Positions 1 to 12,140 of a stretch of 64,000 bases of DNA are shown here, piece after piece. A program made the position numbers and the translations under genes. Each line of letters opens with the position of its first letter. The first letter of the stretch is position 1. The stretch lies in the NCBI GenBank assembly GCA_035084275.1, contig CM068747.1, forward strand, positions 23,932,001 through 23,996,000, read 5' to 3'. Source of the stretch: Hydrolagus colliei. Its lineage: Eukaryota. The notes beneath the pieces are model-generated. The model saw nothing but the letters and a program-made list of their open reading frames with translations, was not told the DNA's origin and ran no database searches.

Positions 1-227
1 CGGGGACAAAATTGTGTATTATAGGTTTCTCACCCCAAGAACACAATAGTTCAGCTGCATAGTAAGAGCTAAACAATAAACCTTAGAACATAGGAATGTA
101 GAGGACTGGGAAACCCCTCTGAGGTCTATCTGGATGGTCCCGGAGTGAAAATAAGTCCTGTTCCTGCTGGCCTTCTCAGAGGAGATTATACCACACTCAT
201 AACGTTTGCCCATAACCCCCAAAGAGG

Positions 228-505
228 GCAGTGCTATGTGAGTGCTTTCAGCCTTCCTGCTCCCACCCTTTAGAACTCCATCCCATAGTCCCTTCACCAC
301 GCCACCTCCCTTGCTTCCTTCAAGGCCCATTTTCTTCTACCACCCATCCTCTTCTACAGTGGACCCTCCGAGCCCTACCCCCCCTTGCCCTCCACCCCTC
401 CTAATCCTAACCCACAGCTTCAGTGCAAATCCTTGACTGTCCAGCGCTTTGGAACATCCTCCTGATGTGAAAGACTCTGTACAAATGTAATTTATTGTTG
501 TTGTT
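228..505 (+). mobile_element. L2 LINE 3' fragment
   Basis: Decayed end of ORF2, C-rich 3' UTR, cagcgctttgg...tgtgaaag...aaatgtaat(ttg)n tail. Confidence 0.85.
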
Positions 506-1757
506 GGGAGACAGTACTGTATGAGACAGTGGGCAGAATTGTGTAAGACACCATTCAATACTGAGTGAGAAGGAAGAAGGAAAAACTAGATGGAGAAAAA
601 GCCCTGCTTGACATTGCTGCTGGTAAATTTTTGGACCAGTAAACATGCCTGAGTAACAGTATTACAACATTAATTGGAGCCAGCCCACTGTGCGTATCAT
701 GAGGTGCTGTTTAACAAAAATAAAATAATCCCCAGTAGAAAGCTTTACTTGGGACTTTTCCAGTGTGCCTAGTAGAGGTTAATTTGTTCGGACCTCAGCA
801 TATGAACTTATGGTTGGAAAGCATCAAGCATGCAGGATGCAGGATGCCATGGCAACAGGAACTATCGATGTGACTTCCTGTGAGGTTGATCCAACACTGA
901 GGTGTGTTGCTTGATGGGTCAAAGGCTTGACGTATCCAACAATATGCCAGCGTCAATCGGCAATAATGGCCCCAAAGATTACTGCGTGCTGTGTGGTTGA
1001 AGGCAATGTATTCTAACAGAGGAGTGGAAGAACTATATTTTGAAGGATACTTTTCTGCGCTGGAGTTTTAACCCTGAGGACAAGGTCACAGCTGCTGCAT
1101 TACCTGCGAGATTACGACATGCAAGTCACACCCTGAGAAATACAGATTCACGAGTTTGGTAAATGAGCGCATTTCCTCTTTTAAACAATGGCACTTAACC
1201 TCATCACCAGCAGCCTTTAAATGTGCTGTTCACGTTGCTTCACAGCACAATGAAGTCCTTCAGTGCAGTTAATACTGTTTGTCTGTCAGTGATTTCACTA
1301 CAATTCCAGCCCTATCTCTATCCTCTCGCTCCTCAAACAAAAGATCCCGGTTGATCTGATTTCATACTGCTACTTGTCACTCCCGGTGCCACTCTGTGTT
1401 GGTCAGTAGTTCATCAATGTGCCTCCTACCTTCGAAGGGGAGCATTCCTCTGCACTGACAGCACCGCCACACTTGAATAGCCTGGTCAAAGACTGACAAG
1501 CCTCTCTCACAGGAAGAATATGAATTCAAATAACACTCAGGGTGGAGTTTGCACTCTAATTTCCTGCTTCAAATTCCAACGCTGTACCCTCCATTGAAAG
1601 CCCCCAGTGATGGGCTAGGTTAGAGCTACTCACCCACGCAACTTCCTGATCTCTTCATTACCATCAGGTAGATAGACTTAGCTGAACCCGCAGGGAGGAA
1701 AGGGAAATCAGATGGGGAGTCACCTTGCACTCTGTCCTTTTCGTTCGCCTCCCAACT

Positions 1758-2070
1758 TACTCTCTTCCTCTGCTGAAGGCGCTGACGTATGTTAGGAGCT
1801 CAGTTCCACAGACGTTGGCTTCCCTCCAGTAACTTGACCAAGTAGCCTGCCTTCCTGTGTAGTCTAAGCAGCAAGTGTCTGCAGGCCGTTCAGCCGTTAG
1901 GGGTTATCACAGCAAGCACAAAAGTGCTGACATCACGTCTGACACTCTGACTACCGTCGCAGCTAAGATCAGCCAACTCAGCACAGACTGAGAATTGAAC
2001 GTGCCATTTTTTTTGCAGTCTGACTGGTTGAGTTACACACTGGCAGTGCACTCGCCAAGTGAGCCACTAG
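1758..2070 (-). mobile_element. Ancient AmnSINE2-like SINE relic
   Basis: Colinear with the copy at 41526 (ctgaaggcgctgac...ttccac...ccctcc...caagt...gcaggc...atcacagc) plus head gctaagatcagccaactcagcacagac; family name from memory of the consensus. Confidence 0.6.
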
Positions 2071-3680
2071 ACAAATTTATGCTTTGGCACTTGTGCCGAC
2101 AGCAGATTTGTGTCATTGCTTAAGAGCAACGATCCCATGGAAACTACAACAGCAGTGACTCCTGGAAATCCTAAAAATCTATCAGAGTCAAACTGATAAA
2201 ACAGGCAGTGGGACCATCTGCTTCTCCGAGACACAGCAACTCTTCAACTTGGGGAATACCCCGCAGGACACCAACACAATCACTAGCTCAAAACATACCA
2301 CTGGCTCAATCGCAAATAACGCTTCTCAGCAGAGAAGTGTGCAGCAGATATAGTGTGAAGATATCCCTTTTGGATCCCTGTGGTGAAACAGTTAAAAGGC
2401 ACTGGCGATTTTCATTGTTAGGGCTGTCCCTGAATTTCTTGACCGGGTAATACACTTCACTAACCCTCTCTCTGCCCTTTTGGTGGGCTTCAGAACCTCC
2501 AATCACTGCTCCCGTACCAGGCCCAGAGAGCTAACACTATTTTAGCACACCCAGTGGTTATACCCACTGCCTCCTGAGAGCCATGTTTGTCTTGGCTCAC
2601 CCTCCCTTCCCTTTTTCCATTGCAACATACCAGTCACTAGCCTCCACACCACACTTTGAATCAGAAAATCCTTGTCACTATTCACTTCTATCACTCTCAA
2701 TCCTTCACATCTGCCCCTTTGTTAAACTCACTTACACCAAGTCTGACTAGGAGTATTTTGCAATGTACTGCACCTTTGGAACTGTGCAATGCTGCAGGAA
2801 TCTACTTAAAAAGACTTAAAAGGGATAAACTGGTGTTTTTTCCCCTTCCCTTATCCTCTCTTTAACTCTAGTTTTGAGGGGAGGAAGGAAACTCTAAGAA
2901 ACAGATGATCTATCAATTGCTGTGTTCCCTGACATTCAATTTTTTTGGTAAAACACAAGAACAGAGTAACGTTGGCCTAATTAACTTTTATATTTAGCTT
3001 ATGTCAAATTCCATAGCAAGTAAAAAGGCAGAATGGTCAGTGTAGTGGTAATATTATCAGATCAGAAATAACAGGATCTGTTGAGAAGAATTGTGGCTTT
3101 AGAGAGTGACAATGAAGCGACTGCCAATAAATGGTCTCCAGTGTATAGTTCTGTGAACACTCACATGACTGGTGTTTTGTTTGTACTGGAAATATAACAT
3201 TCAAACAAAAGCTGCCACAGTCACCCTCTCTCTGTGGCCTTATTTATGAGTTTCCAAGAGATTCCAGAAGAGAATCCAAACAAATTGGGGTATCAACATA
3301 TTTATCCCAACCATGAAAGAACAATTCTTGTGGATTGCTTTATTTAGAAAGTCCAGAATCTCAGCAAATATTCCTTCAAACTTATTCTAAATCAACATTA
3401 TTTGAAATGGACTCATTTCTGATCATTTCCATGTGGAAGGGAAAATGATTGGGTTTAATTTCCTTTCATCAGGCACTTGTTTTCCCTTTTTTGGGGGTTA
3501 TAAGTGGGTTTGTCCATAGCTCCTCCGATAAACTTGTGGTTTAAAGCACTACCAGTTAAAGACGAAAGCATGTCTGAATCTTGGTGTGTGCTGAGTGAGT
3601 TGATCTCAGTGAGGCCAGCTGTTGGGGAGGGTGAAATCAGACAGTTCCCACTCACTGTTGAGAGGCGCTATTGGAATAGG

Positions 3681-3778
3681 TAATAATAATAATAATCCTA
3701 ATAATCCTTGCACTTGATATAGCGCTTGATCACCTCTTTGAGACATCTCAAAGCACTCTACAAATGTGCCGTAAAATG
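3681..3778 (-). mobile_element. Deu-type SINE 3' tail fragment
   Basis: (aat)n-ccttgcacttgatatagcgct...gagacatctcaaagc, shared with the full-length copies. Confidence 0.8.
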
Positions 3779-4034
3779 CGCAATCAGCCTGTGACGTTCA
3801 CTGCCAAGGCTCTCAAGTGAAGAATTGCCACTCAGGTGATGTGCTGAAAGATGCCTGGCACTTATAAACTGTGAGGGTCCAATCTCACCATCTCATTTGA
3901 ATTTTGTTCACATTTGTATCGCGGTTCAGTTTGTTGTTGACAATTTACCTATTTCCAAATCAATCCCACGAAAGGGTATGTCTGTGGAGACAGCAGGAAT
4001 CCTGCCACTGACATGTATTTCTCCAATTTCCACC

Positions 4035-4315
4035 ATTTTCTTTTCTCCTTAACATTGTTGCCTCAATCTGGGTACGGTTCCATAAGGCCTTTTAAGACCT
4101 TGTCCTCATTGCAAGTTGAATCGTTTTCTCACCTGCCGACATCTACGCGAATACTAATGTGCTCTTCCCAATCGGAGAGCACTGGATAGCGATCAAGAAA
4201 TGGGAACACTGTCTTACTTTCTCCTCTTTAGCTCAGGCAAACCCAATGTAGCCCTCCTATCTCATGCCCCAATTTAGACCAGCCAAATCCACACAGACTG
4301 GGAATCAAACTAGGA
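4035..4315 (-). mobile_element. Ancient AmnSINE2-like relic
   Basis: gggtacggttcca...cactggatagcgatca...caatgtagccctcct...cacagactgggaatcaaac, colinear with the 1758 and 16981 copies. Confidence 0.5.
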
Positions 4316-5757
4316 AAGATTTGGTTTAGGGGTGATGCTGTTCACATTAAATAGGATCTTATTGACGTGTTCTTGGCTCACACGTGAAAGAATGAAAAGC
4401 TGTTGACATCTAACAAACCATACATCACTATGAATCATTGCCTACAGGAAGTAAAGGAGGAAAGTTAGGGGAAGCGTTACAAAAATACATTCACTTACAC
4501 AAAGCGTGAAAATCTGAGGGTTCCCAAAGGCCTGTGTGCAGTTTGCCTGAGTGCTTTTATTTCTGGCACTACAGCAGAAATATTCCTTTAAAGCTCTGCC
4601 CCTTTAGTGAGATCATTTTTTCCCTAGCTGTCCAGTTGAATTCTAGCACAGTCGAATGAAAAAAATCTGAAAATAAATGTAAATGAAAATTTAGAATTAT
4701 GAATTTGTACTGAGACTTATGCTAAATGAAATACCTGGTGCATCACGCTGGGAGGCGTTGTGCCTTGTGTGTGGTTTTGATGTTAGGAAAAATAATAAAC
4801 GAGCTCCCGAGGCCACTTATGCAGCTGGGGTGCCAACAAGTAAGAGAAATTGCAAAACCAGGGAAAGGAATAGATAGAAGAGGTGGAATAAAACATCACC
4901 GGTTACTTGTGATCTCTCCATGGACAAGTGATACACAGTTCCTCTGGCTATACTCCCTCTTCAATAAACTACATTTGCCAAATAGTTTTTCACGAAGACG
5001 TGACCCTTTTGAATTTTCCCCGATATTTCAAGTTTTCAAAGCTTCTTCTCCACCTTTGTTAAATACCCCAACGTTGCACTGCATCGTGAGACAGAGGAGA
5101 TGTGCATGAAACCCTCTCGCAGCACGTATCGATGATGTACTTCAGAGAGCCACTAGGAGGTCTGCAAGAGCAGCCGTGATCATTCACTCTTCAATACTTA
5201 CTTGTGGTTTAAGGGTGAGCATCCAACCCCTGCTGCATACCTCTGTCACAACACACATCAGGTGGGGAACTCACCACATGGGAACTTTCAGATCCTATGT
5301 CTCCCTAAGGAATCGATGACTTTAAATACCTTAAAAGCTGCTTTGTTTAAACATTCTTTACATTGTTACAATCACAACAGCAGTAACAGACAAGAGAGAG
5401 TTCTCGAGGTTGTAACCTCAGGCAGCTTGCCTGAAGGACTTGTCTGGCTGGGAGTCTCATGCTTTAGTATGTCTCTGCCCTAGGTTCTGTTAGAACCCGC
5501 TCATCCATTTTATTTAAGAGCAATTGACACCATCCCCACTTCCTGTAAGAAATTAGTATTGATTTGACTAATTATCCCTTACTTTTTCCACTTATTGTTC
5601 TTGATTTCTTTCAAATATTATCATTGTTGAAACACTGAACGCTGATGGTATTACTGGGAGAGAGAGTTAACTTGGGATATTTAACAAAAATAGTGATGTC
5701 GTTAACTAATGTTAATTTATGATTGTTAACTGAAAGGGTACTTCAGGAAGCAACAAG

Positions 5758-5975
5758 AGCAATAATAACTGGCACTTATATGGTGCTCTCCACACAGGGC
5801 AGTATCTCAGAGTTATCGATGGTGGAGCCTGACTCCGAGCTGTGGGGGGGGGGAAGGGATTGGTGACTGGAGGGATTGAGGGAGAGTGTTCCAAAGTTTC
5901 GGGGCATAGTGGCTAAAAGCGCAACCTCCAATGATGGAACAGAGGGTGAGAGGGTTAAGCACGAGGCCAGTGCCA
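5758..5975 (-). mobile_element. L2 LINE 3' fragment (older subfamily)
   Basis: gagcctgactccgagc...ggagggattgagggagagtgttcca...gtggctaaaagcgc; homologous to the 29028 and 47820 copies. Confidence 0.8.
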
Positions 5976-7263
5976 ATCAAGTGGAGACATTAAGTGGTGG
6001 ATTAGGGAGTGAGGAGATGACAACTTCAACAAACAATGTTAATAGGTATCCTCCTCACTAAGAAGTTCTTTTGGGGCTTTATTCCTGAAAATAGTATACT
6101 ACAGTACATTGAAAATATTAGTTTACTTTGCCAGGAGGTTGAATTAAATGTTTTTCAAGGCTCTTTCCCTCTACAACTCATATTCATTTAGTCCAGATTT
6201 TTAATCGCGCTGGTCTCTAAAACTGCTATTTGTTTGAAAAGTATATTTATACAAAGTGGGTGAATCATTCTTCTCAAAGAATCTTGGCAAAGAAGAATCT
6301 TCTTTATATCAATGTTCAAGATTCATTGCTATGTGGACACTTTCTTGCTGGTATGCAAATGACCTCAACCATGCAAGACATAGCCATTTCAAAGCACAGA
6401 CACATCTTACAAGGCAAAGCCCAATGTAAGGTTAAAACCTGCAAGGAAAGGTGAATACCATATACATGACGGAGTACATAGTATATCTTATCAGCATTCA
6501 ATTAATGATCTCCCATAGCTGGGGAGTTTGTAAAAGATGACAAAAACAGATTTATTGATATCTGAAACCTGACCATTACTAACAAAACCACAACATCGTT
6601 AAGCCGTGAGTCAATTGATAATACTGTGATCGGAACTTACTATCTGTCAATGCTGAAAAATCAAGTGCAGCAAATTCATTAGCTTTAAACTTCATTCCAA
6701 TAAAGAACATGGTAACTATTCCAAAGAATGCAGGTTGTGTGTATGTGTCTGTGTGTCATGATTTAATATTTGTGTGTACTTTATACATATCTTCATTATA
6801 CGAATTCTTCATAGGAAAGCTCATCCCAGATGGTGAAGCACAAGTGGCTATGTTTTGTGGCTGAAACACCATAGCATGATTCTAAGCAAAAACATAAACT
6901 GAGGTCTAAAAATACCAACTGATATTACGTCTCTCAATACAGTATATCAATCAGCATTTATAGCTCTAATTGTCCATAGACCTTTGCTCAACCTTCTCCC
7001 AATAGAAGATAAACCATCATACAAATTAGATACAGTAAATACATCCAGAAAAATACAACTGATTTGCTTGATCCCTGTCCACTGTTTATCGAGTCTGTGG
7101 TGATATTGTATAACCGCTCAGCTTGTTTAGTTTGCATGAGGGTTTCAATCATTTGTGCAGTTTGTTTTGTGTGTGGAAAAAACTGAATTAGGACAACATT
7201 ATGAATCATGTAAGGATGTTTTTCAAACATGACCAAAGCTTAGAGATTAATTTCAACCCTTAA

Positions 7264-7331
7264 TAACAACAACAACAACAAAATTACATGTGTATTGCTC
7301 CTTTCACGTCGGGAGGAGGCATAGCCCAAAG
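7264..7331 (-). mobile_element. L2 tail-only insertion
   Basis: (aac)n-aaattaca...cctttcacgtcgggagga. Confidence 0.75.
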
Positions 7332-7420
7332 TCAACTTTCAACATGCCTCGCCAAGTATTCCATTGGTTTAGCACATAGAAAATTCATCCACTCTGCTCC
7401 CATAAAATATAGAACTCGCA

Positions 7421-8568
7421 TGACACCAATTTAGGCTCACCGTATTGCTAACAATAACAGCCAAGTTACACTTCAATGTATAAGTGATATTGTTACTAAT
7501 GCAACCTGTTAAAACCCACAAACCCAATGGTGTACAAGGCCACAATGGCTACAGCAACATTACTTCACGTGTACTGCACACGCACAGTATAGAGTTGCAA
7601 AGGGAAATTTCAGTACAGACACCAGGAAGTTTTGCTTTACCCCACAGGGTAATTAACGGCTGAAACAGATTGTTGGGGTGGGTGTTTGAGACCAGGACCC
7701 TGGTCTCATTTGAAAAACAACTTCATGTTGTGATTGGATGGGTGTGATTCAGGATGGGTGACATCAAATGGGCCATATGGTCTTCTTCATCCAACCTTGT
7801 GATCTTGTGGTTAGAAACTACACTGAGAGTGGTCAAGAATATTTTACACAACTTCCATCTGAATTGAAGTAGGTCCAAGAGAGAAACCCATCTAATCTTT
7901 GCTTTCTTATACTTTGATCTGACATGAATTGGAGGCACAAAGTGATGAAGCAATGACCAAGCTCATTTTAACTTTCACCTGATACATATCAGGCTACAAT
8001 CATATGCTGGTATCATATGATGCTACAGTATTAGTATTTCACTACCACACGCTTACCATCTTACACATTAGACTAAAGTGTAACTATAAGCATTGGTCAT
8101 TCAGTCATCACTTATTGCCTCCTTGGAATGATTGGAAGTCAGTTATCTTAACAAGGGGTTTAGGATGACATGCGCTGCAGTTCATAGCTATCATCGGAGC
8201 TTTGAGATTCGATAGAGTCTTCATATCACTCTCTGGTACTCACCGCTAGTTGGTGTGTAACATTTATTTATTGTCTTTTGTGCAGCGTTCCCATGTATAA
8301 CCGTTCCGATTTGAGCCTTCACCAGTTGTCAGTGCTGATGCCGACTATTGTGCGGCTCTATGTCCTTGTTTGCACTAAAAATGAACAATTGTCACAGCTT
8401 TTAACCAGAAATAACTAACAGCTCATTACTGTGAAACGCAGCATTAAATCTAAAAATATAGTGATCTTCATTGACTGTGTGATAAAATGCCACCAATTTA
8501 GGCCTACAGTATTACTTACAATAACAGCTAAGTTACACTTCAATGTGTAAGTGATATTGTTACTAATG
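7421..8568 (+). repeat. 81-bp direct repeat pair (7421-7501 and 8488-8568), 8 mismatches
   Basis: caccaatttaggc...aagttacacttcaatgtrtaagtgatattgttactaatg occurs twice, 1067 bp apart. Confidence 0.9.
7590..7800 (+). mobile_element. CR1 LINE 3' fragment
   Basis: Decayed ORF2 end (KGKFSTDTRK-like) followed by atgggccatatggtcttct, resembling the CR1 3' UTR stem-loop. Confidence 0.6.
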
Positions 8569-9221
8569 TATCTTTAGCTAAAGTAATACTCATACCATTG
8601 CACTATATTAAGAGAATAGGATTGTAGTCCATCAAAATAATTTTGACGGGATTCCAGCCACTTCTGGCAGAGCTGATCGCTTGGGACTGGCTTCATGTAC
8701 TGACACACCAGCGAATGGTTTCTCTGCACAAAGTGGCTTCACTCCTTGAAGACAAGAGCACATGGAAGTAAAATAAACAGGTTCCTTCTTTAAGCTCACC
8801 TCTTCTACATTACCCCCAAAAAGAGCCAGCTAGGTGTTAAGTCACTTAGTGGCCAGATGTCATTTGCCAGACAAAAAGCCTGATACCAGTTATTAATGAC
8901 TCTGCAAGGCCTCTGTGTAATCAAAGGGCACAGCTGCAATGATATATGACCAATGTCAGGCCTGAAAACCCTTTCCGAGAGAACATGCCTACCAGCTGAT
9001 GGCACACATCCCCCAGCCTGCTTATGTGACGGACAACCCAAAGTGCCGATTCCCCTCATTTTTATCCACGAACACTATCCTTACAATCATTTTGTCACCT
9101 TTCTCACCAGCAGGCCTCTCCGTTGTCATGTGCCTCCAGTTTTAAAATGTGTTCGTATTCCCATTTGTTCAGCAGGTCTGTGCAGACACTTGCCTTCTGG
9201 GTATGCTATTCAGTGATGCTA

Positions 9222-9238
9222 TGACCTCGACATGAACC
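9222..9238 (-). promoter_or_regulatory. Candidate DR5 retinoic acid response element GGTTCA-tgtcg-AGGTCA
   Basis: Plus strand TGACCTcgacaTGAACC; perfect RGKTCA-N5-RGKTCA in non-repeat sequence; function untested. Confidence 0.5.
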
Positions 9239-9899
9239 TCGGTTCTGGGAAAAAAAAATGAAAAATTCATTCGTCTCTGCATCATTTCAGCGTCGAATCA
9301 AAACCATTGTGAGCGCTGTTGTATGTCACTAAATAATATCAACAGCATTTTCCTGAGTAGCAAGCAATATCATAACACTCCACATTGACATTTGGAAAAG
9401 AAATAAAGGGAAGAAAAAATTCAAACAATTATGATGTATGAAAGCATCGTATTTCTTTTGGACCATAAAAGTGGAACCAATTTCGAATAAAATGTGGAAT
9501 TGATGAAGCTTTTAAACCTCAAAATGGAATCAGAGCTTTCAAACTTTTGAGGGGCATAAGTGTGTGAAAATTTCCTATCACACAAGAAACATTTCAGTTA
9601 TTCAGACTGTTTTTGCCGTGTTATTTTAACCCCGAAAGAATGTCTAAGAATGGAACCATGTTCCAATTACGCACACGCCTATTCTGTTGCACAAAGTGTT
9701 TGATTTGCCATCTTGGTGACCCTCTTGTTACTGTGAAATATTCATCCCCTTTACACTGCAAGGCAACGCATAGACTGCACTAATTCTGATTTATTCTAGA
9801 AGGGAAAGTGCCTCAGATATGGCGGAAGCTCTCTCCCACTACACAGATCCTGTCCACATACACACCACACACACCAAAGAGGAAGTCAGTGCAACTCAG

Positions 9900-9916
9900 T
9901 GACCCTTCTGTGAACT
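9900..9916 (-). promoter_or_regulatory. Candidate DR5 RARE AGTTCA-cagaa-GGGTCA
   Basis: Plus strand TGACCCttctgTGAACT; perfect consensus; extra AGGTCA half-site at 9951-9956. Confidence 0.5.
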
Positions 9917-11649
9917 TTCTGGGAGACGAAAAGATCATTCTGAAGAGCAAAGGTCACCCGTCATGCTGGTCACAAATGAAAATCAAATTATTCATGCAAG
10001 GAAGGCTGGTTACTTTGTGCTGTTGGCTTCAAACCCAAATACAATAAAAAAAACATTGGATTGGTATTAACAAGGCACATTAAAGAATGGATGGAGTGAG
10101 CTGGAGACTGGGGGAAGGGGGGAGATTAATGCAGCACAAACCAGTTGAGCTCTGCAGTGATAAAAGTCTGCTGCTTTAACCCAGTCCATAACATGCTATT
10201 AAATACTGTATGGAGGTGTAGGTGTAATAGGTTGATCCGTATGCTTGTGAGCAGCTCGGCCTAAACTCTTATCACACTCCTTGAATAAGATTTGTTTCTA
10301 AAGTGGTAAAGCAAATGACCTGCTTGTCCTGTGCATTAACAGATGGCTTTCCAAAATGTAAACTACAAGATTACTTAGGAGCTGCACTGTGGCCATTTGA
10401 TGCAATCCTTATTTTTTTCATCTTAAAGAAGGCTTTGTAGACGCAGACATTCTGTGGCCCTGCACTCATTTATTAACTAGGCTGCCTGTGTGCATCCACC
10501 CAAACAACACACAAATCTGTGACTTGTCAGTGTGATGGACATTCCTGAAAACACAGAGCTCAGGCTTTACCTTTGCATGCTGTATGCAGGCGAGACAGAA
10601 CACAAATACTGAGTTAAACCTAAGCAAAGCTTGTTTCCGTTGTAAGAGCAAAACAAGCGTTTGTGCTGTTACCATTTCAGCCCATTTTACAGTAGTCACA
10701 CCTGCTTGGAAACACTTAACTGAATACTTCTCATAAGCAAATGCAAATAGAGCTAGCATCCTAATGATCCCAATGTTAATTCATCATCAACAAGGCCTGC
10801 AGTGCAGAAAGTTGGACTTGGGGTGGAGAGGAAATTTATGGGCGTCTTTGAAACTGGATAGAAATGGTTCCTTGAACAAAACCTGCCGTTACCCTTTAAA
10901 GTGTATCAGGGACTTCAAACAAAAGCAAACATCGTGGTAACATTGATTTGGGTAGTATCCTTGTTAAGATTTGGTTTAAAACTGGCATATGTGTCCAATT
11001 TAGGGTGAGGAGAATGGGCAGGAATTCAAAAGACTAGAAGATAAACAATGGCAACGTGCAATAGTAGTATTCTCTTGTTATCAGTTAAAGAGGCCATGTA
11101 GCAAACAGTTCAGGGTTTTTTTTTCCGCTTTACATTGCTATTGCTGTAAAACAACCCCTAGTGGCCCCTTATTCTGAACTTTTCTTTTTGTGCATATAAA
11201 GCAGCAATAACTAACCTGTGAACAATCGGTTTCAACAAAGGAGAGCTTTGTATTTACACAGGAAATGATTTAGATGTGATGGGTCACACTGTTACAGCAA
11301 AGGGAAATGCTTTGATTTTTCTACCATAAAAAAAGCCAACTTTCTGGGTATCATCATATTGCTTGGCTAGGTTTAGAAAAAATTAAACATAAGGAACATG
11401 GTTTCTGGAAGTTAGTAATTATGATTTCCTATTGTCTTTTTCCCTCAGATCTTCAAATGATTTTTAGCCTGAAAGCAGCGGATATCAGATCAATCAGTTC
11501 CAATACTTTATCCTGTGGTCTCTTGGAGGAAATACATTCTGATTACACTGGATGGATTCAGAACCACCAGCATGGAGGAATAGGGAATCTATAGAAACAA
11601 ACTTGCTGTGTTGTGTGCTAAGGCACACATTCGCACACAAATATGTACA

Positions 11650-11820
11650 CTTCAATGAAAAAATTCTAGAGTTTATCCTTAAAGAGGAAAAATTTGCAGG
11701 GATATGTGGTAAGAGAGGGGGAGTGGAACTATTTGGTAACTTTTTCAAAGAGCTGACACAGGCACGATGGGCTGAATGGCCTCCTTCTATAGAGCTATAA
11801 AGTTCTATGATTCTATGATT
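11650..11820 (+). mobile_element. CR1 LINE 3' end
   Basis: cacgatgggctgaatggcctccttct...(ttctatga)2 terminus. Confidence 0.85.
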
Positions 11821-11994
11821 ATTCCACCATCTCTTACAATGGTAACAAAAAAATTTCAGGCATTAAAATCTGTTTGACTTTTTTTGTACAATTTAAAGCT
11901 CCAAATGTCTCCTCGTCTTAGCCTGTGGCAAATTCTTAAATTCAGTCTTGATTTAGAAGCTGTTTTTTTTAAACAGAGTCAGTGACAAGATAGC

Positions 11995-12140
11995 ATCAAG
12001 TTAAGATAGATACCAAAGGAGCAGAAAGGGTTGGTGAGGAGGGATTTATTTATCCAGAGAGTGGTTAGCATGTCCAGTGTGGTGTTGTGGTCAAAACAGG
12101 ATCCAGATTACAATTCAAAATGGAACTAGATATAAGTACC
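11995..12140 (+). mobile_element. Decayed CR1 fragment
   Basis: gtgaggagggatttatttatccagagagtggttagcatgt...attcaaaatggaactagat, resembles the CR1 ORF2 end (RRxFFxQRVV). Confidence 0.5.

Noticed and set aside
5149-5162. CTCF-like motifs (GCCACTAGGAGGTC here; also ~11153-11166, ~25592-25607, ~52594-52608)
   Set aside because: Each departs from the core at informative positions and cannot be called without PWM scoring or ChIP data.
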